Shown: positions 29,350 through 39,831, counted from the stretch's first letter. The stretch: DNA of 64,000 nucleotides from Alphaproteobacteria bacterium (GCA_965242495.1 OZ251446.1:2530160-2594159); one strand, 5' to 3'. Program-made: numbers and translations. The notes: generated by a model not told the origin, from the sequence alone.

Positions 29350-30490
29350 TGTCCGGGTTCACTACATATGAGACGGCGGGGTTTCCTGTGCTGTCAGTGA
29401 GAGAAGGTACTCGGCGGGGGTATGTCCGTCGAGAGCGTTGTGCGGTCGGAAGGTGTTGAACTCGTCGGCGAAGGCGTCGATCCATCGGTTGATGTCGTCG
29501 AGGTTGTCGTTGGGCGGGTCCCAGGTTGCGTAGAACTCGTATCGCCAAGCGCCGTTGTTGCGCTCGACGTGTCCGTTGAGTTCGGGCGATTTGGGGGGCA
29601 GTTCGAAGAGTTGGATGCCGCGTTTCTGGCATTCGCGCTCGAAGCTGGCCTTGAACTCGGAGCCGCCATCGACCTGGATGGCCTGGATGGGGAAGGGCAT
29701 GTCGTCCTGGAGCTTGTCGAGGAAGCGTTTGGCGTTGTGTGCGGTTGCGCGCCGGCAGGCTTGTGCGCAGGTCCACTTGGCGACGGGATCGCAGGCGGTG
29801 AACTGCTTGAGTGGGGGTCGTCCGTGTCCTGGGGAGAGGGAGAGGGTGTCGAGTTGGACGATCTCGCCTGGGGCTGTGGGTCTGCGCCCCTTGGGGAGGC
29901 GTCTGGCGTGCGGCCGGCTGTGCTTGCGGCTGCGTCGCGGGGCCTTGCGTCGGAGGGTGGGGACGGGGGTGACGGCGCCTCGTTGGACGAGGTTCTTGAG
30001 GATGCGGCCCACGGTGCTCTGGCTGGCGGTGTATCCCTGGCGGCGCAGCAGGATGGTGAGCTTGGCCTTGCCCCACATCGGGAAGTCGGCGCGCATCTCA
30101 TGCACCGCCGCCGCCAGTTGCGGCGACCATTCGGGCCGTCGTGAGCGCCGGGGCCGTCGCGAGCGCGGGGCCAGGCGGCCCTGGTCGTGAAGCTTCCGCC
30201 AGCGGTAGAGGGTGGCCCGCGACACGCCGACGGCGGCGGCCGCATCGGCGGCGCTGAGGCCATTGTCGCGGGCGCGACGCCAACGCTTCAGGGCGTCACG
30301 CCTGTGCGCTTCGTCGCTCCGCTCCTTGCCGCACAGGCGTGACGCCAGGGCGGCTCCCCGTGTAACATGACGGGGCAGGCCGAAAACCTGCATGGGGGTC
30401 CTCCTTCCAGCTGTCTGTCCAAACCAACAGCTTCGGAGACCCCCAACCTTCCTTCAACCTCCTCGTCTCACATGTGTCTGGACCAGGACA
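29350..30490 (-). mobile_element. IS481-family insertion sequence (1141 bp) with 5-bp target-site duplication CCCGC
   Basis: ~30-bp imperfect terminal IRs starting TGTCC: left tgtccgggttcactacatatgagacgg vs reverse complement of right tgtcctggtccagacacatgtgagacg. Identical CCCGC at 29345-29349 and 30491-30495. Single DDE transposase ORF ending inside the left IR. Confidence 0.8.
29362..30393 (-). CDS. IS481-family transposase (HTH + rve/DDE)
   Basis: …SRATLYRWRK… HTH. Integrase core …IVQLDTL…IQVDGGSEF…ELNGHVERNN… 343 aa. Confidence 0.85.
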   Translation of the reverse strand: MQVFGLPRHVTRGAALASRLCGKERSDEAHRRDALKRWRRARDNGLSAADAAAAVGVSRATLYRWRKLHDQGRLAPRSRRPRRSRRPEWSPQLAAAVHEMRADFPMWGKAKLTILLRRQGYTASQSTVGRILKNLVQRGAVTPVPTLRRKAPRRSRKHSRPHARRLPKGRRPTAPGEIVQLDTLSLSPGHGRPPLKQFTACDPVAKWTCAQACRRATAHNAKRFLDKLQDDMPFPIQAIQVDGGSEFKASFERECQKRGIQLFELPPKSPELNGHVERNNGAWRYEFYATWDPPNDNLDDINRWIDAFADEFNTFRPHNALDGHTPAEYLLSLTAQETPPSHM

Positions 30491-30518
30491 CCCGCGCCCG
30501 GGCGGCGCGGCCGCCGGC

Positions 30519-31130
30519 ATGACGCGCCAGGGCCGGTTCGAGGTCGTCGACGTCGTGGTCGTGCTCGGCGCGCCGCCGACCGCGGCGGGCGCGCCCGGCC
30601 CCAGGATGCGGCGGCGCATGGCCGGCGGCGTCGGCGCGTTCCGGCGATCCGCCGCGCAGGCGCTGCTGGTCACGGGCGGACCGCCCGGCGCCGATCCGAC
30701 CGAGGCCGCGCTGATGCGCGATCTCGCGATCGCGGCCGGCGTCCCCCGCAGCCGCATCGTCGTCGAGCCCACGGCCGGATCGACGTTCGACAACGCGGCC
30801 CGAAGCGCCGAGATCATGCGGGCGCGGGGCTGGTCGAAGGCGCTGGTGGTGACCGATGCGCTCCATTTGCCGCGCGCCTTGCTCGCGTTCCGGGCCGAAG
30901 GCGTCCGCGCCCGCGGCCGAAGCGCGGGCCCGGGGCCGGGCGGGGCGGCGCAGCGCGCGCTCTGGCGCGAGGCCGCCTACGAAGCCGCGGCGCTCCTCTG
31001 CTACGGCGCCGCGATCCTGTTGCGCCGTCGCCGGCGGGGGCCGCCTACCGCCGCAGACCCCGGACGATCGCGAGATAGTCGGGATGGTCCGGGCCGATCA
31101 GCCCATGACGGACGAAGAAGTCGATATTGA
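30519..31130 (+). CDS. DUF218 / YdcF-ElyC-SanA family protein
   Basis: MTRQGRFEVVDVVVVLGAPP…LLVTGGPPG… (DUF218 core). Start lies 29 bp from the IS right end. 3' end overlaps the convergent NUDIX ORF, so the true stop is uncertain. Confidence 0.55.
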   Translation: MTRQGRFEVVDVVVVLGAPPTAAGAPGPRMRRRMAGGVGAFRRSAAQALLVTGGPPGADPTEAALMRDLAIAAGVPRSRIVVEPTAGSTFDNAARSAEIMRARGWSKALVVTDALHLPRALLAFRAEGVRARGRSAGPGPGGAAQRALWREAAYEAAALLCYGAAILLRRRRRGPPTAADPGRSRDSRDGPGRSAHDGRRSRY

Positions 31131-31890
31131 CCAGGTTGCAGTTGAACTTGAACGCGCCGGTCCGGGAAACGATCCGCATCACCCGGCCCGCCGGCCACAG
31201 ATGGAACGCCGCGACCTCGCCGTCGGCGTTGCGCGGACGGAAGTCGGCCGGGAGTTCGAGGTCGTAGGCGAACATCACGTCGGGCCTGAGCCCGTCGGCG
31301 GTCTCCTGCGTGTAGGACACGGCGCCTACCGGGATCGCCCGCGCCGCCAAATCCGGCGGGATGCCCGCCTCCTCGGCGGCTTCCTTGACGACGTTCTCCG
31401 CCGGCCCGATCCCGACCGGCTGGCCGCCGGCGACGAGGTTGTCGAGCAGGCCGGGGAAGGTCTGCTTGCGCGCCGCGCGCCGCGCGACCCACAGATGGAT
31501 CCCGCCGCGGTCGCGGACGAACCCGTTGACGTGCACGCCATAGGCGCGGACGCCGAAGAACGGCGCCGCGGCGCGCTCCATCTCGAACAGATGGGGGCCG
31601 GCGAACGGACCGCCGACCGGATAGGCTTCGCCCCGCCAGCCGGGGATGACGCCGCGCCGGGCCAAGTCACAGAGCGCGGCGTGGACGGCGCGCGTCCGCG
31701 CGGCGTAATCGTCGAGTCCGCGGGCGAGTCCGACCGCGGCGTCCGACAGAGCGAACGCCTCGGGATAGCGGGCGAGCCGCGCCGCGAAACCATGCTTGAC
31801 CCAGCCGACCCGCTCGTCGGCGACGACGAAGGGCGTGAAATGCGACAGGTCGTGGGAGTTGCACTCGCGGATCCGGTCGAGAAAGCTCAA
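31045..31890 (-). CDS. NUDIX hydrolase with N-terminal DUF4743-like domain
   Basis: NUDIX box GGQPVGIGPAENVVKEAAEEAGI (Gx5Ex7REUxEExGU-like). Confidence 0.7.
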   Translation of the reverse strand: MSFLDRIRECNSHDLSHFTPFVVADERVGWVKHGFAARLARYPEAFALSDAAVGLARGLDDYAARTRAVHAALCDLARRGVIPGWRGEAYPVGGPFAGPHLFEMERAAAPFFGVRAYGVHVNGFVRDRGGIHLWVARRAARKQTFPGLLDNLVAGGQPVGIGPAENVVKEAAEEAGIPPDLAARAIPVGAVSYTQETADGLRPDVMFAYDLELPADFRPRNADGEVAAFHLWPAGRVMRIVSRTGAFKFNCNLVNIDFFVRHGLIGPDHPDYLAIVRGLRR

Positions 31891-31923
31891 TCTGCGGGCT
31901 CCGGCCGGGCGAGGCGGGCGCGC

Positions 31924-33108
31924 TCACACGACGTTGCGCTCGGGCAGCCGGCGCCCCGCGCGGATCCGCGCATAGGTCAGGGCCGACAGGTCGAGCGTGC
32001 GAAAACCGCCATGGACGATCGACTCGCAGACCGCGCGGCCCGCGGCCGGGGCCTGCTGCGCGCCGTGGCCCGAGAAGCCGTTGCAGAACGCCAGGCCGCC
32101 GATCTCGGGATGCCAGCCGAGGATGGCGTTGCGGTCGAACGTGTTGACGTCGTAGAGGCCCGCCCAGGCGCCGACTTGGCGAACCGCCTCGAAGCGCGGC
32201 ACCCGCCGCGCGAGCGCCGGCCATACGATCCGTTCGAACAGCGCTTCGTCCGGCTCGAGCGCTCCGGCGGCGGCGTCTTCGTCCTCGGCGTCCGGCGGGG
32301 AGACGAGGGCGATGTAGCGGCGGCCTTCCGGTCGGAAGGCGACGCCGGTCGGATCGACCACCAGCGGCGCAGCGCCGACGTTCTCGCGGCAGTCGAACAC
32401 GAAGGTCGTGCGCTTGCGCGGGCGGACCGGCAACGCGCAGCCGGCGAGGGCCGCGACCGTCGCCGCATGAGGCCCGGCGGCGTTCACCAGGACCGCGCAG
32501 TCGACCGCGCCGCCCCGGCGCAGCCGCACGCCGACGACGCGCCCGCCCCGCCGGGTCACGCCGACCACCTCGTCATGGACGTAGTCGGCCCCCAGCGCCA
32601 GGGCCTTGCGGCGCAGGGCGCGCAGCAGAGACTCCGGGTCGAACCAACCTTCGCCGGTCAGCCCGAACCCGCCGCCGGCGAGGCCGTCGCCGTCGAGCCA
32701 GGGGAAGCGGGCGCACAGCTCGGCGGGCGACAGCAGCGCCACGTCGGCGCCGAGCGCGTTCTGCCGGCGCACGTTCGCCGACAGCTGGGCGTATCCGGCC
32801 GCCGAGGCGAGAAACAGGTAGCCGCGTTCGACGAAGCCCACCTCCGGCCGCTCGCCGCCGACCGCGAGCAACTCCGGCGCCCGCCGGAGGAATTCCGCGC
32901 CGAACAGGGACATGCGCACGTTCTCGGGCGTCGAGAATTGCTGGCGAACGCCGCCCCAGGACCGCAGCGTCGCGCTGGCGGAATAGGTCGGGTCGCGCTC
33001 GACGACCAGCACGCGGCCGTCGAAGGTCGCGCAGGCGCCGAGGAAATAGGCGACGGCGCTGCCCATGATCGCGCCGCCGGCGACGACCACGTCGTACCGG
33101 TCCGTCAT
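31924..33108 (-). CDS. FAD-dependent oxidoreductase (DAO family)
   Basis: MTDRYDVVVAGGAIMGSAVAYFL (GxGxxG dinucleotide fold), ~394 aa. Confidence 0.75.
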   Translation of the reverse strand: MTDRYDVVVAGGAIMGSAVAYFLGACATFDGRVLVVERDPTYSASATLRSWGGVRQQFSTPENVRMSLFGAEFLRRAPELLAVGGERPEVGFVERGYLFLASAAGYAQLSANVRRQNALGADVALLSPAELCARFPWLDGDGLAGGGFGLTGEGWFDPESLLRALRRKALALGADYVHDEVVGVTRRGGRVVGVRLRRGGAVDCAVLVNAAGPHAATVAALAGCALPVRPRKRTTFVFDCRENVGAAPLVVDPTGVAFRPEGRRYIALVSPPDAEDEDAAAGALEPDEALFERIVWPALARRVPRFEAVRQVGAWAGLYDVNTFDRNAILGWHPEIGGLAFCNGFSGHGAQQAPAAGRAVCESIVHGGFRTLDLSALTYARIRAGRRLPERNVV

Positions 33109-33285
33109 CGCGCGGGTCCGCCGGCCGAAGGCGCGTCCATCCCTGGCAGCCTTACGCCGCCGGGCGCCCGCGCGCAAGGCGCCGGCCCGGACGAATTCCT
33201 TGACTCGCGCCGACCCGACGTGACCTTATGGCCGCGGTCCGCGCCGCCGGGAGACGCGCGTCCCGGCGGCGGGCCGCAGGGACGG

Positions 33286-34619
33286 ATGCGCAGGATTCCC
33301 AGGATCGGGAGCCGCGGGACGGTGAGACAGGGCGCTATTCCGGCAGCGATCCTCGCGATCCTGTTGCCGTCGGCGGCGGCCTTGGCGCAAGGCGCGGCGC
33401 TGTCGGATCGCGCCAGGCAGATGGACGCGAACGGCGACGGGGTGATCGACCGCGCCGAGGCGCGGGGGCCGTTGCAGGCCAATTTCGACCGGGCCGACAC
33501 CGACAAGAGCGGAGCCCTCGCGGGGCCGAGATCGGCGCGTTCTTCCGCGCGCTGCGCGCCGGCGGCGGGCCGCCGGACCGCGGGCGGCCCACGGTGGTCT
33601 CCGTCGATGCGGTCAAGAACGGGCCGGCCGGCGAGACGGTGCCGGTCTACGGGCGGCTGGTCGCCCGCCAGAAGGGCGTGGTCGCGGCCCGGGTCCAGGG
33701 CGCGGTGGCGGAGATGCGCGCCGATGTCGGCGACCGGGTGGCGGCAGGCGACGCGCTGGCGCTGCTGGTCGCGGACACGCTGCGCGCCCGGCGCGCGCTC
33801 CGGCGGGCCGAGCTCGCCGAAGCGGAAGCCAAGCGGCGGGCGGCGTCCGTGCAGCTCGACCAGGCGCGGTCGGAACTCGACCGGCTGAAACGGCTCCGCA
33901 AGTCCGCCGCCTTTTCCAAGGCCCGCTACGAGGACAAGGAGAAGGACGTGTCCCGCCGGTCGAGCGCGCTCGCCGAAGCGCGGGCGCGGACGGCCCAGGC
34001 CCGGGCGGCCCTCGACATGGCCGACATCGATCTGCGCGGCGCGACGATCCGCGCGCCGTTCGCCGGCGTCCTCAGCCGGCGGCACACGGACATGGGCGCG
34101 TTCCTCAAGGTGGGCGACCGGGTGGCGACGCTGATCAACGACGCCGCGCTCGAGGTCGAAGCGGAGATTCCGTCGAACCGACTGGCCGGGCTCGCGGAAG
34201 GCGCGGCGCTCGATCTCGAATTCGAGGACGGGACGCCGTTCAAGGCCGTCGTGCGCGCCGTGATCCCGGAGGAGGATCCGCTCGCCCGCACCCGCACGGT
34301 CCGGCTGGTTCCCGACTTCGCCGGCGAGGACGCGCGCGCCGCCGTCAACCAGAGCGTCCTGCTCAACGTGCCGCTGAGCGCGCGGCTCGACGTGGTCTCG
34401 GTCCATAAGGACGCCGTGATCCGGCGGAGCGGCGGCAGCGCGGTGTTCGTGGTCGAGGACGGCAGGGCGGCGCTGCGCGCGGTGCGGCTGGGCGACGTGG
34501 TCGGCGGACGGTTCGAGGTCCTGGAAGGGTTGGAGGCGGGCGAGTTGACGGTCGTGCGCGGCAACGAGCGGCTGCGGCCCGGCCAGGCGGTGCGGACGCG
34601 CGGGGGGCCGCGCGGATGA
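33286..34619 (+). pseudogene. RND efflux periplasmic adaptor (MFP/HlyD family) with N-terminal double EF-hand; apparent -1 frameshift at ~33520-33528
   Basis: Frame 1 from ATG 33286 gives MRRIPRIG…signal…DANGDGVIDRAE…DTDKSGAL. Frame 0 continues (GAEIGAFFRAL…) into a canonical MFP (…VVAARVQGAVAEM…IRAPFAGVLSRRHTDMGAF…). The break is in run cgcggggcc. Confidence 0.65.
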
Positions 34620-37600
34620 AGCCGATCGCGTTCGCCATACGACGCCCGGTCGCGGTGCTGTCGATGGTGCTGATGACCGTGCTGCTCGGCTGGCTGGCGC
34701 TCAAGACCATCCCGATCCAGCTCACGCCCGACGTGCGCAAACCGCTGATCATCGTGGAGACCCGCTGGCGCGGGGCCGCGCCGGCCGAGGTGGAGCGCGA
34801 GATCGTGAACCGCCAGGAGGAAGCGCTCAAGGGGATCGAGGGCGTCGAGAAGATGGAGTCGAGCGCGCAGCGCGGCCGCGCCAGGATCTCGCTCGAGTTC
34901 AACGTCGCCCAGAACATGGAGCGCGCCCTCCTCCTGGTGAACAACCGCCTCGGCCAGGTGGGCGACATGCCGGCGGAGGCGGGCGAGCCCAGGCTGCTGA
35001 CGCGCGACACCGACGACAACCCGGTCGCCTGGTTCGTCGTCAAGCCGTTGCCCGGCAACGACCGCAGCATCCACACCTATCGCGACTTCGTCGAAGACGT
35101 GGTCCAGGATCGGATCGAGCGCGTGGCCGGCGTGGCGCTGGTCAACGTCTATGGCGGCGACGAGCGCGAGCTGCGCGTCGTCGTCGATCCGCGCCGCCTC
35201 GCCCGCTACGGCCTGACGGTCTCCGAGATCGCCGACACGCTGCGCCGGACCAACGTCAACATCTCGGCCGGCGCCGTCGACGAGGGCAAGCGCAGCTACA
35301 CGGTCCGGACCGAGAGCGAGCTCAACACCGTCGAGCGGGTCCGATCCGTCGTCCTGCGCTCGCGCGTGGCGGCGGAGACCGGGCGGATCGCGCGCGTCAC
35401 CGTGGGCGACGTGGCCGAGATCGGGTTCGCCTACAAGCGGCCGACCGCGCGCATCCGCAATCTCGGCGAGGGCGCGATCGCCGTCAACGCGATCCGCGAC
35501 ACCGGCACCAACGTGATCCAGGTGATGGAGCGGATCCGGGACGTCGCGCAACAGCTGAACGACGGCCCGCTGCGCGCCGCCGGGCTGCGGCTGACCCAGG
35601 TCTACGACGAAACCTTCTACATCAACTCGGCGATCTCGCTCGTCACCCAGAACATCTGGCTGGGCGGGACCTTCGCCGCCCTGATCCTGCTCCTGTTCCT
35701 GCGCTCGTTCGGCGCGACGCTGGTGATCTCGCTCGCCATTCCGGTCTCGATCGTCGGCTCCTTCGTCGCCATGGCGGCTCTCGGCCGGTCGATCAACGTC
35801 ATCTCGCTCGCCGGCATCGCCTTCGCCGTCGGCATGGTGGTCGACGCCGCCATCGTCGTCCTGGAGAATATCTTCCGCCACCGGCAGATGGGCAAGTCGA
35901 GATTCGAGGCGGCCCGTCTCGGCGCGTCGCAGGTATGGGGCGCGGTCATGGTCTCGGCGGTGACCACGGTGGTCGTCTTCGCCCCGGTCCTGGTCATGCG
36001 GCTCCAGGTGGGGCAGCTCTTCCGCGACATCGCCGTGGCGCTCTCGGTGGCGGTGATCCTGTCGCTGATCGTATCGGTCACCGTCATCCCGACCCTCGCC
36101 CACCGGCTGCTCGGCGACCGCGTGGCCGCCGGCCCCGCCCGGCGCCTGCCGGCGGTGGACGACCTGGCCCGGCTGTTCGTGTCGTTGACGATCCGCTACA
36201 CCCGGCTGGTGGTCGGCAGCCGACCGGCGGCGCTGGGCGTGGTGGCCCTCGTGTGCGGGGTCGCGGCCGCCGCCACCTGGCTGTTCCTGCCCAAGCTCGA
36301 ATACCTGCCCGAGGGCAACCGCAACCTGATCATCGGCATCTCGGCGCCGCCGCCGGGCTACAACCTCGAAACCACCACCCGGATCGCCGAGGCGACCGAG
36401 GACCGGGTGCGGCATCTGTGGGCGAGCGAGACCGGCCCGGACTCCGCGCCGGGCGAGCCGCCCAAGATGGCGCGCTTCTGGTTCATCGCGCTGCCGGCGC
36501 GGACGATCCTGGCCGCTTCGGCGGTCGATCCGACGCGGGCGCGCGAGCTGGTCCCGGTGCTCCGGCCGCTGGTCTTCACCGAGCCGGGCACGTTCGGCTT
36601 CGTCCTCCAGACGTCGCTCTTCGGGCGCGGCTTCAGCGGGTCGCGGGTGGTCGACATCGACATCATCGGTCCCGATCTCGACGCGCTGCTCGCCGTCGCC
36701 CGGCGGGCGATGGGGCCGATCGCGCAGTCGATGCCGCGCCGGGAGGGCAACCAGATCCGGCCGCGCCCGGGGCTCGAACTCGGGGCGCCGGAAGTCCGGG
36801 TCGTGCCGGATCCGATGCGGCTGGCGGATAACGGGCTGAGCGCGCGCGATCTCGGCCTGACGATCGACGCCTTCAACGACGGGCTGCGGCTGGCCGAGGT
36901 CAATATCGGCAGCCGGCGCGTCGATCTCACGCTGATGGGGCCGGAGGGCCGGATCAAGAGGACGCAGGGCATCGGCAACCTGCCGGTCGTGACGCGCGCG
37001 GGCGCGATCCTGCCGGCCCGCCAGCTCGCGCATATCGAGGTGACCGAAGGGCCGACGCAGATCCGGCATATCGAGCGCGAACGCTCCGTCACCCTCCAGA
37101 TCCGCCCGGCGCCCGGGGTCCCGCTCGAAGCGGCGATCGAGACCATCGCGCAGCGCATCGTGCCGCAGCTCGAGGCGGACGGCCTGCCGCCGGGGACGCG
37201 CATCGCCGTGTCGGGAACCGCAAACGAGCTGGCGCGGACCTGGCGCGCGATGATCGTCAACCTGATCGTCGCCGCCGCCATCGTCTATCTGGTGATGGCG
37301 ATCCTGCTGGAGAGCTTCGTCTATCCCTTCATCATCATGTTCTCGGTGCCGCTGGCGACCGCCGGCGGCGTGGCCGGGCTGGTGGTCCTCAATCAGTTCT
37401 CGCCCCAGGCGCTCGACATGCTGACGATCCTGGGCTTCGTGATCCTGATCGGCACCGTGGTCAACAACGCGATCCTCCTGGTCCACCAGACGCTTCAGCT
37501 CGTCCGCGTCGAAGGGATGGCCGCGCGCGAAGCGGTGATCGAGGCGACGCGCAACCGCATCCGGCCGATCTTCATGTCGACGATGACGAGCTGCTTCGGC

Positions 37601-37798
37601 ATGCTGCCGCTGGTGATCGTCCCGGGCGCCGGGTCGGAACTCTATCGCGGCCTCGGTTCGGTGGTGGTCGGCGGGCTCGCCCTCTCGGCGGTGCTCACGC
37701 TGCTGATCATCCCGCCGCTGCTGTCGGTCGTCACCTCGGTCGTCGAACGCCGCCGCGCGGGCGGGGCGCTGCCCGCCGCCGAGCCGACGGCGGCGTGA
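34616..37798 (+). CDS. RND efflux transporter permease (AcrB/CzcA family)
   Basis: 1060 aa, 12-TM RND architecture, ATGA overlap with the MFP gene. Confidence 0.9.
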   Translation: MKPIAFAIRRPVAVLSMVLMTVLLGWLALKTIPIQLTPDVRKPLIIVETRWRGAAPAEVEREIVNRQEEALKGIEGVEKMESSAQRGRARISLEFNVAQNMERALLLVNNRLGQVGDMPAEAGEPRLLTRDTDDNPVAWFVVKPLPGNDRSIHTYRDFVEDVVQDRIERVAGVALVNVYGGDERELRVVVDPRRLARYGLTVSEIADTLRRTNVNISAGAVDEGKRSYTVRTESELNTVERVRSVVLRSRVAAETGRIARVTVGDVAEIGFAYKRPTARIRNLGEGAIAVNAIRDTGTNVIQVMERIRDVAQQLNDGPLRAAGLRLTQVYDETFYINSAISLVTQNIWLGGTFAALILLLFLRSFGATLVISLAIPVSIVGSFVAMAALGRSINVISLAGIAFAVGMVVDAAIVVLENIFRHRQMGKSRFEAARLGASQVWGAVMVSAVTTVVVFAPVLVMRLQVGQLFRDIAVALSVAVILSLIVSVTVIPTLAHRLLGDRVAAGPARRLPAVDDLARLFVSLTIRYTRLVVGSRPAALGVVALVCGVAAAATWLFLPKLEYLPEGNRNLIIGISAPPPGYNLETTTRIAEATEDRVRHLWASETGPDSAPGEPPKMARFWFIALPARTILAASAVDPTRARELVPVLRPLVFTEPGTFGFVLQTSLFGRGFSGSRVVDIDIIGPDLDALLAVARRAMGPIAQSMPRREGNQIRPRPGLELGAPEVRVVPDPMRLADNGLSARDLGLTIDAFNDGLRLAEVNIGSRRVDLTLMGPEGRIKRTQGIGNLPVVTRAGAILPARQLAHIEVTEGPTQIRHIERERSVTLQIRPAPGVPLEAAIETIAQRIVPQLEADGLPPGTRIAVSGTANELARTWRAMIVNLIVAAAIVYLVMAILLESFVYPFIIMFSVPLATAGGVAGLVVLNQFSPQALDMLTILGFVILIGTVVNNAILLVHQTLQLVRVEGMAAREAVIEATRNRIRPIFMSTMTSCFGMLPLVIVPGAGSELYRGLGSVVVGGLALSAVLTLLIIPPLLSVVTSVVERRRAGGALPAAEPTAA

Positions 37799-37808
37799 GG
37801 CCGCGGCG

Positions 37809-38861
37809 TTACGCCGCGCCGCCGGTCTCCAGCGGCGCTCCCGCCTTGCGCCAGGCGTCGATCCCGCCGACGATGTGGGCGGCCCGCGCGACGCCGCGCC
37901 GCCGCGCGGCCTCCACGGCGAGGGCCGAGCGCTCGCCATAGGCGCAGTAGAACAGCAGCCGCTTGCCCGTCGCCGACGCCAGCTGGCTCAGCAGGCCGCA
38001 CGGCTCGAGCTGCTTCTCCAGCCCGACATAGGGCAGGTGCAGCGAGCGGGCGATGAAGCCGTCGCGCGCGCGCTCTCCGTCTTCCCGCAGATCGACCAGG
38101 GCCGTCTCCGGGCGCAGCGCCTGGCGCCGGGCCTCGGCGACCGACAGCCCCCAGCCTTCGTCCTCGCCGTCGCCGGTCTGCGGGGCGCCGATGCGCGTAT
38201 TCGCCGGCACGGCCACGTCCATCATCCTGGGGTCGGCGAGATCGAGCCGATCCATCAGCTCGACATAGGCCTGTTTCGATTCCACCCGGAGGCGCGGGTT
38301 GAATCGGCGCTCCTCGCCGATCGTGCTCACCGTCTCGCCCTTGTAGTCGTGCGCCGGGTAGACCAGCGTCTCCTCGGGCAGCGTCAGCAGCCGGCCGAAG
38401 ATCGAGTCGTACTGGGCCGCGGCGCTGCCGTTCTGGAAATCGGTGCGCCCGGTTCCCCGGATCAGCAGCGTGTCGCCGGTGAACACGCGGTCGGCCAGCC
38501 GGAAACAATAGGAATCGTCGGTGTGGCCGGGCGTGTAGATCACCTCGAGCGAGACGCCTTCGATGTCGATCCGGTCGCCGTCGGCGACCCGCATCGAGAC
38601 GGTGTCGACCGCCGAGCGCTCTCCCATGACGGTGATGCATTTCACCCGGTCGCGCAGCGCGCCGAGCCCGGTGATGTGGTCGGCGTGGACATGCGTATCG
38701 ACGGCCTTCACCAGCCGAAGGTCAAGCTCCCCCAGCAGCTCCACGTAACGGTCGACGCGGTCCAGCACGGGATCGACGATCAGGGCTTCCCCGCCGCGCC
38801 GGCTGGCGAGGACGTAGCTGTAGGTGCAGGAGACCGGATCGAAGAGTTGCCGAAAGATCAT
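37809..38861 (-). CDS. MBL-fold persulfide-dioxygenase-like domain fused to a rhodanese domain
   Basis: MIFRQLFDPVSCTYSYVL…HVHADHITG… (MBL HxHxDH), …YTPGHTDDS…, C-terminal rhodanese …LLFYCAYGERSA… (start coordinate ±1). Confidence 0.7.
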   Translation of the reverse strand: MIFRQLFDPVSCTYSYVLASRRGGEALIVDPVLDRVDRYVELLGELDLRLVKAVDTHVHADHITGLGALRDRVKCITVMGERSAVDTVSMRVADGDRIDIEGVSLEVIYTPGHTDDSYCFRLADRVFTGDTLLIRGTGRTDFQNGSAAAQYDSIFGRLLTLPEETLVYPAHDYKGETVSTIGEERRFNPRLRVESKQAYVELMDRLDLADPRMMDVAVPANTRIGAPQTGDGEDEGWGLSVAEARRQALRPETALVDLREDGERARDGFIARSLHLPYVGLEKQLEPCGLLSQLASATGKRLLFYCAYGERSALAVEAARRRGVARAAHIVGGIDAWRKAGAPLETGGAA

Positions 38862-39012
38862 GTCTCCCGCCCCGGCGCCCGCGCGCCGTTCCTGGCGTCG
38901 TTCCGGGCGGTGTTCGCGCCGCCGACCCCGAGCAGGGTATTGCGCCGCGTCCGGCGCCGCAACGGCGCCGGTTTGACCGGACGCGGCGCGTGCTCTATTC
39001 GTGACCCCTTCC

Positions 39013-39831
39013 ATGCGCATCGCCCAACTCAGCGACACCCACGTCATGGCGCGCGCCTCGACGCACCCGGCGGCCCCGGCGCGGGCCGGGTATCTGGCGC
39101 GCTGCGGCGCCGACATCCGCGCCCTGGAGCCGCGCCCGGACGCGGTGATCCACACCGGCGACATGACCCATGACGGGACGGTCGCGTCGTATGCGCATCT
39201 GGCCGAGCTTCTGTCGCCGCTGGACATGCCGGTCTATCTGGCCGCCGGCAACCGGGACCGGCGCGACGCCGTCCGGGCGGCCTTCCGCGGCCACGGGCAC
39301 CTGCAGGGCGGGGACGGGTTTCTCCACTATGCGATCGACGACGGGCCGGTCCGCCTGATCGCCCTCGATACGCTTCGCCCGGGCGACCGGCGGGGCGGGC
39401 TGTGCCGCGACCGGCTCGACTGGCTGGCGCGGGTCCTCGACGGGGGCCGCGACAAGCCGGCGGTCCTGTTCATGCATCACCCGCCGTTCCCGGGCGCGGA
39501 CGACTATCCGGACTCCTTCCGCGACCGGGGCGAGGCGGAAGCCTTCGTCGGGCTGGTCGGCCGCCATCCGGAGATCGCGGGGATCCTCTGCGGGCATCTC
39601 CACCGGCCCCTCGACGTGGCGCTGGGCGGCGCGGTCGCGCGCACGATGGAGAGCGTCGCCGTGGATCTCAGCCAGGATCCCGACCGGACGGGCTGCGCGC
39701 CGGTCTACCATCTGCACGAGACGACCATGCCGGCGGGTCTCGCGACCGCGCGGCGCGATTGCGCGTCCGCGGGCGGCGATGCTATACGGGGCGGCGAAGA
39801 CGAGGGAGCGCGACGTTGCCGACTTTCGTGA
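39013..39831 (+). CDS. metallophosphoesterase (calcineurin-like phosphodiesterase)
   Basis: MRIAQLSDTHV…IHTGDMTHDG…AAGNRD…GHLHRP. 3' end overlaps aprB by ~16 nt; true stop uncertain. Confidence 0.65.
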   Translation: MRIAQLSDTHVMARASTHPAAPARAGYLARCGADIRALEPRPDAVIHTGDMTHDGTVASYAHLAELLSPLDMPVYLAAGNRDRRDAVRAAFRGHGHLQGGDGFLHYAIDDGPVRLIALDTLRPGDRRGGLCRDRLDWLARVLDGGRDKPAVLFMHHPPFPGADDYPDSFRDRGEAEAFVGLVGRHPEIAGILCGHLHRPLDVALGGAVARTMESVAVDLSQDPDRTGCAPVYHLHETTMPAGLATARRDCASAGGDAIRGGEDEGARRCRLS

